Of a DNA stretch of 64,000 nucleotides, positions 13,100-26,479 are shown piece after piece; position 1 is the stretch's first letter, and every line of letters begins with the position of its first letter. The stretch lies in NCBI GenBank assembly GCA_000320545.1, contig ADNK01002596.1, forward strand, positions 1-64,000, in the 5' to 3' direction. The stretch comes from Bigelowiella natans CCMP2755. Its lineage: Eukaryota; Protista; Cercozoa. The position numbers and the translations under genes are program-made. Under the pieces are notes generated by a model, which worked only from the letters and a program-made list of their open reading frames with translations, was not told the origin of the DNA and did no database searches.

Positions 13100-13720
13100 T
13101 GATTACTTGTCATTTCGATCTGCCAGTGTGCAATGCCAGTGACTTTTGTATCAAGACTTCTAGACTACTACTAAATGACAGCACAAAATCTAGACTAGGT
13201 AGAGATTGCTTTGCACACATCGCGGTGTATGTCCAGATGTATCGCATGGCGTAGCACACGCACGCAGGCCTAGAGGCGCATGTGCCTACGTCTCGACACA
13301 CACAATGGACACAGATACATTTACGTAGATGTGTGATAAAGCATGCACATACCTAGATACAATACACACATGCACATAAAACATCACATACATGCGTTGT
13401 ATCCTGCCACACTTGTCCAAACAATGTAAATTTTGGCCACGCGCCTTACACTAGTATGGCCTACTAACACTAGAGCGATGGATGTATACCGATGAATATG
13501 TGCGTCCACTCTAGCCTAGTAGCTAGCTAGTGGATACATCTGACATGTTGTGTGAGCTCGTCACTGTCGTATGCAAATGTGAATCTAACTAGGACAGATT
13601 GCACTACGCACACAATGCGTTATCATCCTGATGAAGAGATGTTCTCTTGTCTAACATCATGCACACTGTACACATGTACACATATATTGCACATTCACAT
13701 TTTCATTTGTTACTAAACTG
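13100..13720. mobile_element. Degenerate CATG/TGCA/CTAG-rich repeat island between convergent gene ends
   Basis: Composition changes abruptly after the ArfGAP 3' end and reverts before the carboxypeptidase stop; ctagtagctagctag ~13516-13531; no coherent ORF. Confidence 0.55.
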
Positions 13721-13895
13721 CAATCTTTCTGCTGGATTGTAGCAAAATCGTTCAGAACTCGCTTAGAATAGGGGTTGCGCAATCATTAAATTTGATAAAT
13801 TGGAACAGTAACCGCATAGCAGCCCGTCATTACCTCCTCTCGACATCCATCTCATCGTCGCCTATTCGATGATGTCGTGATAGTGATTCCTGCAG

Positions 13896-15014
13896 TCATA
13901 CATCAAAAGATGAAGCTACGTGCTTCATCACCATGTCGAGGAGGTTCTCAGGCTGGTCGTGAGGGGCCTGTATGTAGTAGCAACAATAAGCAAGAAAAAA
14001 CTAAAGTTACATGTTCTTACTCTAACACGATGTTACCCTGCATAAATTATGAAAACGACGATAACAGAATGCTGATATTGACAACTTATTTATATAATTC
14101 CTCTCCTTCCTCCTCCTATTCCTCCTGTTTTGGTGTTGCTTTTAGCTGTAGAAAGTAATGTGCGCACCAGATGTCCAGCGTCCTTTACTTTCAGAAATGT
14201 CAACCCTGTTATGCAGGATGTATGATTGTTTGCTTCAACTAGGCATAACCATCATGATAATGTCCTCGTGGTTGTCGTCGCCACTGTGATATTTTATTAT
14301 ATCTTTGCAATCTGCATCACGTCATTACGATAGTTACCTTTGGCAGATCGATATGAGCCTGCTGTGGCGCCTGCAGCGGTTATCCATGTAGTGTTCGCTG
14401 CATTTTTAAAAGCATTCTTTCCAGACCACTCTAAACCACGAGTCCATGCATCATTGCCTATTTGTTTGTCAACCGTCAAATTAGGGATGTGAATGAGTTT
14501 CAATAGTATATTATATGATGTCTCGTATCGTGCCTTCTTCTTGGGTGGTGAGGGCATCATTAATAGCAGCATAAGCATTAGTAATTGTAGCTAGCTGTTA
14601 GTAGCAAATTCGGTCCTCTTTGCCATATTACGAGCAACTTAAGTACAATTAGAAACTACCCCTCCAGTTGCAGATGAAGTCCATCTCACCAACATACACC
14701 AGCACACGCCTCCCGGACTCAAGTAGGGTTGCAATATCATCCTCATAACTCAACATCCAGTCACCGCCGTACCTAGTTGATGATGCTAAAAGTGATGATA
14801 CTGTACTTTTGCTCTCAGATTATAGGGTATAGTGCAAAATACTAATATGAATGGTGATAACAATAACGTGCGATATAATTATCGATCTTACACGAATTCC
14901 ATGTCGACTAGCCTGTTGCAGCTCTCCCAGTGCTTAAAGAAGTATAAGTGAGTGTGTGTTGGGTACATATATTTGAACGATTTTATCTTTCCCCCTTCCC
15001 CCCCCCCCCCCCCC

Positions 15015-15055
<41 letters not shown>

Positions 15056-16631
15056 TTCTCTCTCAATACCCGCTCACTCTCACTCACTCACCTTTTTGAC
15101 TCCAAGCGCCGATTGCACCTCCGGTAGGTTAAGGTACGTTGCTACGTCAGAAAAGTCATAGCATAGTGGGGGATGCTCACACTTTTCACGTACATCGTAC
15201 AGATTCACACCTGTCGTTATCATTATCCATCATTTTGGTGCAAGCAGCTGCTGCTGCTGCACAAGTTACTATCAGATCTGACTTAGTTCCCTTTCTTTCC
15301 GCACGTTTTTATTTGTGCTTCCAAGACTATTTTCTCACTGGCATTCATTCAATTGTTGTTCTTTCTGGTGACGAATGGCATGTCATTAGAGCATAACCGG
15401 TGGATTGAACAGGAAGGAGCTCTCCAAATGCACAGAATGTATATGCGTTCAGGCACGCCTAAGAAGAAGAAGCCAAGAGCAAAGAGGGCTTTATTATCAC
15501 TTCAATCTGGAAATGAAAGATGTGTGTGCATGCATCGTTAATCCCTGTCGATATGATAGATATCAATAGTGTGGTGTAGAAGTCATCATCATCGTTGTCG
15601 CTTTGTTTTACTACCGCCCATTTGATCGTGGCATTTGTCGATCCTCCAGATGCATTGAAGTGGTTGCATCCGTAGGTCAGTGCCTCGCATACCGGAAGAA
15701 CTGCTGCCATAATAGCTGCTTGGCCTTTATCCACAAGGTTATGCTCCTGACATCATTGTCAATCACCAGCAGAAGAAATACCCGGTAACATAGTAAAATA
15801 ATGAGAAATGATGAGACGATGAAGACAACACACAAGCAGCCATCAAGTACCTCAGCATATGGTAGATACTCCCTAAATTGCACTCCTGGAGCTGTGAGTC
15901 CTGTACAGAGTGATAGAGGAGGGCAGAGTTATAGAGGAGGGCAGAGATCTTTAAATACCGCTGCAACAACTCATTTTCCTTCCCACGAGACTGCTATGTA
16001 ATTTGTGACAAACGTGCAACTGTGTGCTACAGCAACAACTGAATAATATCTGAGAGTAGTCGCCAAAATATTATATATTTGAGGTTGTTTTCCTACTACT
16101 TGTAGTGAGTGCTATGTGTTGAGTTATATTTCTCACCATTGCCAATAGCAATTGATTTCAGGTTAACATTCCCCTGATAAAATGCAGTCGTGCATGCACA
16201 CAAGCAGTAGCAGTACCAGCAGCAAAAGCAGCAGCAGAGTTAAGAAACCGTAGCAGCGAGAAGACATAAGAAAAAGCAGTTTGTTCAGCGTAAAGGAGAA
16301 TGTGCAACTAATATAGTTTTAGTTGGAGAGAGAAGAGGATGATGATGAAAGCATTCAATAGTCTGTCATTTCTTATTACCTTTCCAGCATTTACATTCTC
16401 TACAATTTTCGCGGCAGTTGCAGGTACGTAGTGGCCTGAAGTGAATGAATTCCGACGACAGATTACTGCCGTGCACATTTCACTATCATCATCACGATCA
16501 CCATCATCATAATCATCATCATCATCATCATCATAGTTTCCTTGAGCTACTACCTGCGTATGATTCGCCAAATATATGCATGTTTAGGTCCTTATACTTC
16601 GGATACCTAACCATTTAATATGTAGCACGGA

Positions 16632-16666
<35 letters not shown>

Positions 16667-17683
16667 ACTCCAAATACTTTTGCATGGGATCTGATGGAAG
16701 GAGAATGAAATGGTCAATTCGCTAGCTTATCAATAATGATCATCATTATATTTGCCACACCTGTAACTACTTACTTACTACTTTTTCATAAAGCCTATAA
16801 TGAAGTCCCACATGTCATTGGCAACAGCCTTTTCTCCAAAATCAGGAACAACGCCATAGGAGAAACCTGCTCCAGCCGGCTTCCATTTTATGAAAACATT
16901 TCAGGAACTACATCACACAACACTTTAAAACTCTCATAGCTGTATTGAACCTTCTTAATCGATCTGTAAATCATCATCATCCTCATCATCCTTTACATCC
17001 TCTTATCATGCCGTGTTGTATACCATACCTGGTCGATCCACAGGACTGTGGCATTTGAATTCCAACTAAATTTATTGAGTTCCAAGTGAGGCTGCTGCTG
17101 CGATGAACCTGAGATAAGGACAACACGTACAATCAGGATTAGTATGTTTTATGAGCTTGATTTTTATGGGTGTGTGCTGCTGTCCAGCGAGATTTCTCGA
17201 ATAACAATTTTACCAGTAACTTCTGACTTCTGAATGTGGTAGGGACCATTTTCAGCAAAAAGAGCCAGCTGAGATGAGCATCCGGGGCCACCTAACCGGG
17301 ATTATTCCATGTTATTGTAAGATGCAAGTTTATCATTATTCCACTCCGGAAATTTTTTTCACAAAAATGGGGCGAACCTGACATCCAGATAATGAAGGGG
17401 TCATTAGCGGGATCATTACGACTTTCGAAAAACCTGTAGCAGTAGCGAAAGTAGTAGCAACATCTATTATATTAACTAAATAAATTTGAATATTGAAGTA
17501 TGGCACTTCGGAACTAAAGCAGCTCTCTTCGTCCATAAATCTTCACGATTACCAGTAGAAAAGATGCTTACTGCCTGCAGCGACAGAAATATATCCTGCA
17601 TCATTGAAAACGGTCTCTGGTCCAGGAGGAACGGCTGCAACTTGAGTTGAGGCAGCAAGGAAGAGGAGGAGAAAGGGCATCAT
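13896..17683 (-). CDS. Serine carboxypeptidase, peptidase family S10 (CPY-like), with signal peptide
   Basis: MMPFLLLFLAASTQVAA...DAGYISVAAGSKHLFYW|FFESRNDPANDP..IWMS|GGPGCSSQLALFAENGPY...SWNSNATVLWIDQ|PAGAGFSYG...HIFGESYA|GHYVP...NLKSIAIGNG|LTAPGVQF...NLYDVREKCEHPPLCYDFSDVATYLNLPEVQSALGV...RVLVYVGEMDFICNW|IGNDAWTRGLEWSG...GLTFLKVKDAGHL|APHDQP...FDV-stop. The Ser (GESYAG), Asp and His triad is intact. Confidence 0.96.
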
Positions 17684-18043
17684 CAATCTTCTGCAAGTAC
17701 ATATAGTCTCAGAGCGCAAAATTTGGCTAAAAGTACATGTTAATCACAAATTTAGGAAAAATAGCCTACATTTTCGTGCTATGTACGACAATGCACCATA
17801 GGGGGGTAAATTACGACATCGACAACGATAAATTCCAGTCGCAACTGATAGAAACTGTGGTGGATCTCTGAACCAACTTCGTGCAATTTCTCATAGACCA
17901 TACGGAACTCCGGAAGGGTGCAACTACAAGCACACGACGAAGTTAAACAAAGAAGCAACAGTTTCACGAAAGAAACAGGAAAGATACATAGTTCGAAGAT
18001 AGGTCGTTAAAGGAGACGGAGAGATTCGGAGGTTGCTTCAAAT

Positions 18044-19591
18044 ATGGACGATGAAAACAAGAAAGGTGCCTCAAAGGGCGACGATACCACCTTGTACAGA
18101 TGGGTACAGTCCAAAGAGGAGATATATATCAGGATCAAACCTCCTCTACACCCTGACAAAGGGGTCAAACTGCACGACAAAGTCGTCATTCATGGTTTGA
18201 AGAAAGCTCCCAAGTTTAACTGGAAGCATGGCGAAGTTTGTAGAGAGATTAAGGATGGAAGAATCGGAGTTCGGTGCGATGAAACCTTGAAAGAGGTTAA
18301 TGTTCGACCCCAAAATTTGTGTACGAAGCCTCGAAGAGATGATGTTAAGGTCGAATTCAAGTCCAAAGAACTGAAAGTTACCATCGGCGAGACTCTTGTA
18401 ATCGATGGAAAGCTGAAAGATCTTGTATTGACGGATGAGTGCACCTGGTATTTTTCGGATGGACTCCCCGAGCTTCTTCTCACAAAACAGAAACATGAGT
18501 GGTGGTCAGGAGTTATCGAGGGAGATCCTGAAATAGATGTTGATCTAGCTGAAGGGGAAACATTTTTAGACGAAAAGATGATGGATAGGCTTAAGTCAAA
18601 AAAGGCAAAGGAAAGGATGGATGAAATCCAATCAAGCAAGAGGCCGATGAGTCTGGATCAGCTCAAAGAATTCTATGAATGTCAACTTAGTCGAGAGAAA
18701 GAGTTATTCAAAAAGAAAAGAGACTCTAGAGCCTTCGCACTCTGGACTCGAAAAGCACGGGAGATGGCTGGGTTGTCACTTGATTATTCATCGATAGGTT
18801 CTGTATGTTCTCCCATTAGATGTGTCGAAAAACAATCAAAATGTTCTCTCAGATCTAAAATAGACCCAGAGGAGATGGATAATCTTCACACTGAATCACA
18901 AAAAGAAGTGGATGCACAGCACAAAGAATACATTAGAGGTCTAGAAACTAGATTGGAGATAATAAAAAGAGGGCAAGAAGGCCCAGCAGGAGAATCTGTG
19001 GGAGAGAGGAAAGACGGAAGAAGCTTAGGTGTTAAACCCCTTTCCACAGAAGTTTCTCAATCAGCTTTGCTTCCCGCATCGCGTGAAAAAGTCTGGAGGC
19101 TTGTTATGCCCGTGACTAAAATTGCTGGACCGGGTCGCGTCGTATTATCCACCTGCCGTTCTGACCATAAAGTCGGAATGACATTCAAGATTAAAACGAA
19201 AGCTAAAATTACGGAGAAATACGTCCTCCGCACTCTGTCAAATACAGAATATAAATATACGTACGAACTTCTTTCGAGATCGGAACCTATCGAGGCATCT
19301 GTCACTCATTCTGTTCAACTGAAGCCTGTAGTATGTCTTCAGCCTGAAATCGAGAATCATCCTAGTTCAACGACAGACTCTTCAGACGAGGAAAATTGTG
19401 AATTAATAATAGAAAGTTCATTTAATAAAGGCGCTAGCTCTGCACTTTTGGCGCAATCGAACATCGATAAGCTGGATTTTTTCGACTTAGTTCGGAGAAA
19501 ACTTCGCAAGGACAAGGTTGCTGAGAAGGTTCAAATGTCCAAGATGAACTCTAGGGGAGATTCTGCTGAGAACGATGATGTAAAAACTTAG
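18044..19591 (+). CDS. Intronless 515-aa protein: NudC-type CS (p23-like) domain with an internal insertion, helical linker, C-terminal SRPBCC/START-like domain
   Basis: YRWVQSKEEIYIRI...DVKVEFKSKELKVTIGETLVIDGKLKDLVLTDECTWYFSDGLPELLLTKQKHEWWSGVIEGDPEIDV matches the NudC CS pattern (YRWTQT...EES.W......L.K....WW......DPEI). SQSALLPASREKVWRLV...YKYTY...VTHSVQL resembles polyketide-cyclase/SRPBCC folds. Single uninterrupted ORF. Confidence 0.8.
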   Translation: MDDENKKGASKGDDTTLYRWVQSKEEIYIRIKPPLHPDKGVKLHDKVVIHGLKKAPKFNWKHGEVCREIKDGRIGVRCDETLKEVNVRPQNLCTKPRRDDVKVEFKSKELKVTIGETLVIDGKLKDLVLTDECTWYFSDGLPELLLTKQKHEWWSGVIEGDPEIDVDLAEGETFLDEKMMDRLKSKKAKERMDEIQSSKRPMSLDQLKEFYECQLSREKELFKKKRDSRAFALWTRKAREMAGLSLDYSSIGSVCSPIRCVEKQSKCSLRSKIDPEEMDNLHTESQKEVDAQHKEYIRGLETRLEIIKRGQEGPAGESVGERKDGRSLGVKPLSTEVSQSALLPASREKVWRLVMPVTKIAGPGRVVLSTCRSDHKVGMTFKIKTKAKITEKYVLRTLSNTEYKYTYELLSRSEPIEASVTHSVQLKPVVCLQPEIENHPSSTTDSSDEENCELIIESSFNKGASSALLAQSNIDKLDFFDLVRRKLRKDKVAEKVQMSKMNSRGDSAENDDVKT

Positions 19592-19599
19592 GGAGAAAT

Positions 19600-20680
19600 G
19601 GTGCTCAGATTCAGAGCGTTGGCCCCTGCTAGCCTGCCTGGAATGTGATGTCATGAGAAAGTCGCTCCTACATTAATTCACACTATCGATCGATGGTAGC
19701 AAAGCATCCACCACAGGACTTAAATGCATGTGCGCTTGTTGACATGCGCCAGAGGAAATCAAGCGCAGATGATGTACTTAAGCACTGATGAATCCAGCCA
19801 TTGGATGAATGCATGCATTCATATTCTAGATTTGAGCAAGTGTTCATTTTCGGTGCATTGCCAAAGATTGAGCTTCATTGTGCCCATCACGTCAAGCAAG
19901 ATCATGCTCTTCATTGCGTGCGAAATCGAACATGATCCGACGATGTTGCTGTCGATTTGCTGTCGATCTGCATTGTGTTGTGTGCCACGCCACAACTGGA
20001 CAATGCTGGAACGTGTGGGTGTGCACACGATTGTTTGTGTGCACAAGAAATTGCGCAGCCTGTGCTGCAGTGTGCAACGTGAACTACAATGAAAGTCAAC
20101 CGAGAATTGCAAGGTCCCTGGGTCCGGCCACGGATCACGACATGGTGACGTAAAGACGTGCCATGCACGCCAGCACGTCTAGACGTGCCAACTTGTTGCA
20201 AACTGGGGTGCGTGTGTCATTCACCTGGATCAAAATTGCTCCTTGTGATCGAAGGAACAATGAAAAATCAAAAGTGCTGACAAAATCACTTCACACGCTC
20301 CGTGCACCACTGGAACAGACGTTTCTGCAATTTCCTCAACGCTCATCGCGAGGGAAAGAGGGCGTGCAGGAGGAGAGAATCAGTGCAGAAGGTTTTCACC
20401 CAGGTTTTTCCTCCATGGTTTTCATGGCAAAAATGACGATGTTCACACGTAGGAGAACTTTGCACTGCGACTTGCACATCGAAGGAATCTTGTAAAAACA
20501 AGAAGAAGGCTGTAATTGACGGGTAGTGACAGACAGTGACGACAACATCCACCACGCACGAGAGTGGACGATCCACGTGCCCGCTGTGTGTGCTGTAGCA
20601 ACTCGTACACACATACATCACCACCATCATTTGGCTACTTCAAAGGATACAACCTCTAATCCGTCTCACATGGAGCCTTA
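19600..20680. mobile_element. Degenerate repeat island, possibly a decayed coding transposon
   Basis: TG/CA-rich with fragmentary His/Cys/Met-rich ORFs. cctgctagcctg (~19625) also occurs at ~26680. atccgtctcac (~20660) is the reverse complement of the shared gagacggat motif. Confidence 0.55.
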
Positions 20681-21122
20681 CCTCCCGTGGTAATGCTTAG
20701 CATAGTGTGATGGTAGTGGTGGTGGTTGCGGCCTTTGGAGTCTATCAGTTCTGTAGAAGGGATTTCGAAATTCTAAGAAAAAAAAAATAGATTGAAGCTA
20801 CATAAGGCGGGTGGTGCTTTACGGATTGCAGAAACTGAATATTTTCTATTCAATGTTATTAATACTCTAAAGACTGAGTAGAATCAGGATGGAGGTTGCG
20901 GAAGCAAGTTATACTGACAATCCCAAGTAATTAAATATGTACCACTTTAATCTATTCCTAAATTTTTGAAGCTACTCATGATCGCGGCCCCTTCGTTATG
21001 AGTGGATTTAATGGGATTAAAATTGAAGACTAATGAGAGAGAAAGTTCAAGTGAAATAATAGTGAACGCAGCGACACTATCCTCATTCTCTTCCTTATCA
21101 TCATCGTCATCACCATGATACA

Positions 21123-23863
21123 GGGGAGTCATAAGTGGAAGTCAGTCATGGGAGAAAGCATGTTTGACCATCTTAGGTACTTGCAGTAATAACTATGCAC
21201 TCTATCATAATATGTTTGTGATACAATAGTTTATTGAACCTCCTATCTATCTTCTCTCTTGGTACCCCCACCCACACCATATATAGACACGCGCATGCGG
21301 CAGTAAAATGTGTCATTTCGAAATTGATTTTCTTCCCTGCTTGCTAAGTTCCCTTCACTCACGCCTTTAACGCAAACCAGGAGCGTCAACGACGGGGCCG
21401 ATGTACACGGTCATGTACATGTCCGGTTGGCTGAAACAGCATCAGGGCAATTCGATTGTATTGGTACTCCATTCACCAGCACCACTTAACATTAGGATTT
21501 GCAGATTGAGAAAAGGCTTGAAATCGAAGTTGACTTGTACTCTTTGTCGATTCACCATGCAGGAGCTGTTTATAACCTTCTACCCTCTGGCCTTGGGCAT
21601 TTTATTGCTCCAAGTTTGCTTTGATCATATCATAGATGAGGTATATCAAGAATAGTGGAGAAGATAGGAACAACTGTTATATTTGAACAAATCCTCGCAT
21701 GCCTACTTCACTCCTCCTCCTCCCCCCCTCCAGATATTAGGTCGATGGACCTGTAACATGCTTAGATTCGGTGAGTCTTATCAAATGTGTCAGATTCTGA
21801 TGAAAGCAAATGGAGGAGAATGATGACTACTATCTGGAAATCTAGTGCCTTCATTGTTTCATATATAACAGTATTAATATACTGACGTCGCGAAACCTAT
21901 GCACATATTTAATAATTGACCTTACTACTTAAATTTGGAACTACTATTGGCTAATTGAATAATCTTGACATTATTAGGGGTCACCTCCATAATGAATGCC
22001 CTTCTCCTTCCACTGATATATATGTACGCTAACGATACGGTACAACAAATATCAGCAGCACTTCTTAAACATTTACACCCCATATCTTCTGCAATTATCT
22101 CCTCTCAACAGCACTCTCATCGTGTTGTCTTCCATCATCGTTTCTATTCCTTACACAATCCTCCTCCTCGTGATGCTAGATGTCATTGTGGGTCATCTTT
22201 GCACTGATGGGGTTCAGCCATGGAGTAGCATTAGGGTGAGTTTGTTTGATGTAACAACACTGTCATCATCCACAACACCTAGATATTTCAAATTTGAAAT
22301 AATGTCACACTACTCCGAGAAAACAGAACAGAATAGAATCTTCCACATTAGACCTTATCAGACGCAGTAACTCCAATGTTTTGTTTAGTTGTTAGTAGTT
22401 TTAGGAGGAGGAGAGAGGAGATATATGATTCGTGGCTGATTGAACCTATTAAAGTTTGAGCTCCAAACATGAGATTTATTCCGCCACGGACATCTTTCTC
22501 CTCCTCGTTCAACGATGATCGATCATCATCGTCGAGTAGTACTAACTTCCACATGGTGTGCGGATGTTTGCAGATCCTCATTTGAGCTTTGCCTTCATAT
22601 GCCTCGACGGTGCAAAGGTGCTGCACGACTTACTATCTTTACATCACATTCATCGCCATTTCTAGAATCAGACTCTGGCTATATCTCATGATTACCATAT
22701 CCTTATCATGTATCATCATCATCATCCTCATCATCATCATCTTTATTACTACTATCAACAACAACGTCATTCGTGGTCGTTTTAGGCATAGAGTACCTGA
22801 ATGTTGGGCTGCAAGTCGGAGGCGTAGCTACAGGGGTAGGAGGAAATGATCGATGATGAATCGATTAACATCTCACTGCTTTTACTTTACTACTATACGA
22901 CGACCAAAATGAACAAGAAGAAGAAATGGTAGAGCAATGAGAGAATAAATGATATGATGATACAAATTCTGATTGCTCCTTGCTTAAGTTTTCTTTTTCC
23001 TTTATTCCACTTGTTATTGTTGTTAGATATTTGGTGTATTATCGGGATTTACCCTTCAAGAACACCCTCAATCCTACCACTTTTACGGGTAGTACGCACT
23101 AGTGAGACAAAAAGTAGAAGTATCACCACAATGATCAAGTGTGAGCCATAATAGCCATGATAATAATGATGACGATGATGATGATGATGATGGATGTGAG
23201 AGTCAGACTACCATGATCTAATTTTCCTCAATTTTAACTTATTGATGGTGATACACCATATCGGCTGCTGTTATTGCTGCTTATCATTATGGCGGTAGGT
23301 TTGCGTTGTTGACGTCTATGTTATGCCTGAGCGGGTTCGGTGCGGTCATGTTGCTGCATTTCTACTCAGATATCTACGCTAAGGTAATACTAGTCACCAC
23401 TCCAACGTGGAAGATTACTATATTTGTTGTGTTGCTATTTCAGTTTCCTACTTTCTCTTCGCATTCTAATTCTCCATCTAAAACGTTCTTACTTATCCAC
23501 ACACTTTTAGGTGATGAAGATACAGCCTGAGCCCCCTCCCGCCTCTCTATGGGAAGTTCTGGTTGTAGCTGCAAGTGAATTATTTAAAGGGGGGAAAGAG
23601 ACGAATAGTTTATAATCGTCGTCATCATAAACAGAACTATTTAGATACTTACTAACTATTTATCTTCCTCCTCATCCTTCTTCTTGTTCTTGCTGATAAT
23701 CTATGTATATATCAGTATGCTTAGCAATTACTCCCTGATTAATTATCGTTGCTTCTACTCCTCAGGAACTTCTCTATACTTTGCGTGTCTGTATAGCCGC
23801 CACGCTGCTAACATCTGGGGCTACACTTCTGTGCAATGGGTTCTCTAGTAGTCTATAATCTTA

Positions 23864-23898
<35 letters not shown>

Positions 23899-24800
23899 AT
23901 ACCAAACTCATGTGGACAATCATCTACTATTATCATTACTGCTGTACGACACAATCGATGACGATGCGACTATCTACGAGGCACACTAGTAACTGCGAAA
24001 TACTCAAAAAACCGCTCCGGAGTAACGATTTAATTCTGAAGCAATACTACAAATTAGGTTTTATACGTATGCGCCCACATCACGAAAGATAAATCCAATG
24101 GATAATAGTGTTCTTGTTGTCCTTCTGGTACATCCTTTTACCTCCCATAATAATAATCAAGAGGAAGGAGGAGAAGATAGTCACAGTATGGATGATGATG
24201 ATGATGATAATGATGAAGTAGAAGAAGAAGACGAGAGAGTTGTGTTGATTAGTAGTTGGCAATAATCTTCATTGAATTCTATCCATCCTTTCCTCGTTTC
24301 TTTTTGTTTGTTAGGTTTATGTCAATTTATGCTCCGACCTCATAGGTAGTAGCAACATACATAATGATGACGACGATGATGATGATGATCATGATGATTA
24401 TGGAGTGAACAAAGTACCGACGATACGAGTCAATTGATAACAGCGACAATGATGATCAGGATGATGATATTGCTGATGATAGGAATGTTGATATTATATA
24501 TATACTATTATTATTCACCAACCTGCTGTGTTATCGCGTCATCTCCTGATGTTGTTGCTATTGTTATTGCTGTTGTGTGCGCCATCTATCCATCTGTCTC
24601 TCTATCAGGAAGAACGGTCACAACATATTTTGGATGCCCCTCTGGTATGAGTTTGCTGAAGGTAATAGTAGTAGTAGGAGGAGGAGGAGGAGGAGGAGTA
24701 CAGCACAACCAAGTAGTAATGTCTCTATATTTATGATATATCCTTTATCGATTAGGATAGAAGCACAACACAATCATCCTCATCATTATCATAGCACGTT

Positions 24801-24861
<61 letters not shown>

Positions 24862-25085
24862 TGTGTTTCCTTTTTATCATGTTCTTCTTGTTGTTAATCA
24901 TGACGTCTTTCCCCATGCTACTGTTACTTCTTTTTCTTCTTCTTCTTCTTGTTATACTGCTACTCGTGCAGCTGGTTCTTGGAAGACAAGTATTAGTGGT
25001 TGTCTTCTTTATCTACATTTCACAGCAAAAGTAACACGACTATTACTACTTATATAACTCCTCCTCCTACTATTACTACTACTAT

Positions 25086-25122
<37 letters not shown>

Positions 25123-25503
25123 GCTAGGTGTGTGTGTGTGTGTGTGTGTTGTGCTTCTGGGTCTAGCATTAACAGCTCTCACTTTGCTATTAGTGTTGGT
25201 CTCGATGATGATGATGATGATGATGATGATGGTGTGATGATTGCTTCTAATATAAAGAATTCACATACAACATGAGTAACGTTTGCATCGCTTTCTATCC
25301 AAAAACTGCACAACATGTCCCTTACGTTTAGCACAATCATTGATGGTCATCACCATCATCATTATGTGTATGTTATGTATATACCTACAACAGGTTTCTC
25401 CAGGATATCTTTATTCTGATCGTGCTGCATATTCTGATGGTCTCGCATGGCATGGTACTATGAAAGCATATCTCATTAACAAGAAAAAAACAGAAGAAGA
25501 AGA

Positions 25504-25546
<43 letters not shown>

Positions 25547-26224
25547 GAGAAGAGGGGGAGTGGGGAGACAACCTTTAAGCGTCTATGGTGTTAGCAGCAA
25601 TACGTAATAATCTGTTTCTATTATTTATTGATGATATATTTGGTGGTTTGTTATATTATAAACAGTTCACAACATGGTCATTTGTGCATGCCAATTCTTT
25701 GGCCACTGTCAAGGGGTGATAATTATTAAATGTTGTATACATTTGTGTGTGAGAAACACTTCAACATTGATATCAGATGTACCCCTACAACTGCATACGC
25801 ACGAGTTGATGTGATTATGAAATTGTTCTTTGATTGTTCTCCGTATATGCTATTTTAACGATTTTATGTTTATGCAAATAATGTAGTTTGCAGAGGGCCT
25901 TTGTTTCTAAAATGTGCGTTATAATTTTGTTCATTGCTATACTCTTCGGCTCATTACTGGGTAGTCAATCACAGTTTGACATCTTCGTATTTTCTAGTGT
26001 CAATATCCACAACTTCGATACAAAAATATATACAAACAGGTTTTGATAAGTATCATCATTATCATCAAAATGATAATTGTTTTCATCATTAGCATCATTA
26101 CCATCATTATCATCATTGATAATCCATCTTGATACGAGTGTCTTGTGTCTCCTTCCATCTAATAATTTCCTGAATGAATCTCTTAGGAAATGCTGTCGAG
26201 CGCATATGGTTTATCTCAATCTAG
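21123..26224 (+). CDS. Equilibrative nucleoside transporter (ENT/SLC29)-like multi-pass membrane protein; start uncertain (possibly ~20890)
   Basis: About 20 small hydrophobic exons, including LLNLLSIFSL|GASTTGPMYTVMYMSGW, FITFYPLALGILLLQV, SLWVIFALMGFSHGVALG, VYVNLCSDLIG|RTVTTYFG (cf. ENT FN..D..GR), LVLGRQVLVVVFFIY, FLQDIFILIVLHILMVSHGM (cf. ENT SNGY) and MCVIILFIAILFGSLL|GNAVERIWFISI-stop (26222-26224). Confidence 0.62.
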
Positions 26225-26479
26225 ACGACCCTTGATAACAGACGCTAATGATGGAAATGAAGTCGAAGCAATTAAAAGATTGTTGAAAGACTAGAAGCAA
26301 AATGCATTTTTTACTTGAATAATATTACTAGACTAGAGCATGTTAATTGCTGGAAGTATTGACAACGGTTTAGAATATAAATAGCAGTCGAAATTTAATA
26401 AATGGACATTAGGTTGTCAGGTAATATTTGTAACAGTTGTGCAATGCGTAGAATATTTTTTGTGATTATTGCAAGGAAA

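Noticed and set aside
11884-13100. Minus-strand ORFs suggesting a membrane-anchored protein
   Set aside because: The plus strand encodes a clear ArfGAP zinc finger across the same bases.
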